NCBI GenBank assembly: GCA_964016885.1
Contig: OZ024744.1
Location: 49,104,001 to 49,168,000 of the forward strand
Source: Eledone cirrhosa
Lineage: Eukaryota
Length of the DNA: 64,000 nt
Reading direction: 5' to 3'
Shown: piece by piece, positions 63,201 through 64,000 of the stretch
How positions within the stretch are numbered: the stretch's first letter is position 1
Layout: every line of letters starts with the position of its first letter
Position numbers and translations under genes: made by a program
The notes under the pieces: generated by a model
The model's database searches: none
Seen by the model: only the letters and a program-made list of their open reading frames with translations
Told to the model about the DNA's origin: nothing

Positions 63201-64000
63201 TCATAGATATATATAGGTAGAACATAGTCACAGTAGTTTCATAGATATATATAGGTAGAACATAGTCACAGTAGTTTCATATATATATATAGGTAGAACA
63301 TAGTCACAGTAGTTTCATAGATATATATAGGTAGAACATAGTCACAGTAGTTTCATAGATATATATAGGTAGAACATAGTCACAGTAGTTTCATATATAT
63401 AAAGGTAGAACATAGTCACAGTAGTTTCATAGATATATAGGTAGAACATAGTCACAGTAGTTTCATAGATATATAGTAGAACATAGTCACAGTAGTTTCA
63501 TAGATATATAGGTAGAACATAGTCACAGTAGTTTCATAGATATATAGGTAGAACATAGTCACAGTAGTTTCATAGATATATATATTGGTAGAACATAGTC
63601 ACAGTAGTTTCATATATATATATATAGGTAGAACATAGTCACAGTAGTTTCATAGATATATAGGTAGAACATAGTCACAGTAGTTTCATAGATATATATA
63701 GGTAGAACATAGTCACAGTAGTTTCGTAGATATATATAGGTAGAACATAGTCACAGTAGTTTCATAGATATATAGGTAGAACATAGTCACAGTAGTTTCA
63801 TAGATATATATAGGGAGAACATAGTCACAGTAGTTTCATAGATATATATAGTAGAACATAGTCACAGTAGTTTCATAGATATATATATAGTAGAACATAG
63901 TCACAGTAGTTTCATAGATATATAGGTAGAACATAGTCACAGTAGTTTCATATATATATATATAGGTAGAACATAGTCACAGTAGTTTCATATATATATA
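60247..64000. repeat. Satellite/minisatellite, ~35-41-bp unit TCACAGTAGTTTCATAG(AT)nAGGTAGAACATAG, roughly 100 copies, runs off window
   Basis: Direct reading; unit length varies through the (AT)n core and G/GG variant. Confidence 0.99.

Noticed and set aside
60247-64000. CRISPR-like array
   Set aside because: No unique spacers, only (AT)n length variation; no cas genes; eukaryotic context.

Overview
Repeat-saturated eukaryotic (animal) DNA. The SINE/RTE/Penelope repertoire suggests a mollusc, probably a cephalopod (inference only). I found no host gene; almost everything is nested, mostly decayed mobile DNA. (1) Tx1/L1-clade LINEs: one copy at 1-3400 and a head-to-tail stack of three diverged families (A, B, C) at 44.7-60.25 kb sitting in (TATC)n tracts. 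All three share an unexplained ~90-nt two-hairpin leader with paired substitutions and a conserved ORF1 C-terminal domain; A and B also share a hairpin just after ORF2. (2) At least six Penelope-like (RT + GIY-YIG) families, whose terminal repeats carry about a dozen type I hammerhead ribozyme motifs of six distinct designs, often in large inverted repeats, including a 1.9-kb near-perfect palindrome. (3) RTE-group LINEs, including a twin-priming inversion and a LINE/SINE pair with a shared tail. (4) A Buster-type hAT with intact TIRs and an 8-bp TSD, a DD37D mariner derivative, a non-autonomous LTR element inside a SINE, a tandem SINE array and a MITE. (5) A ~37-bp satellite with higher-order structure from 60.25 kb to the end. 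All alignments and folds were done by eye; element boundaries are approximate unless a TIR or TSD is quoted.
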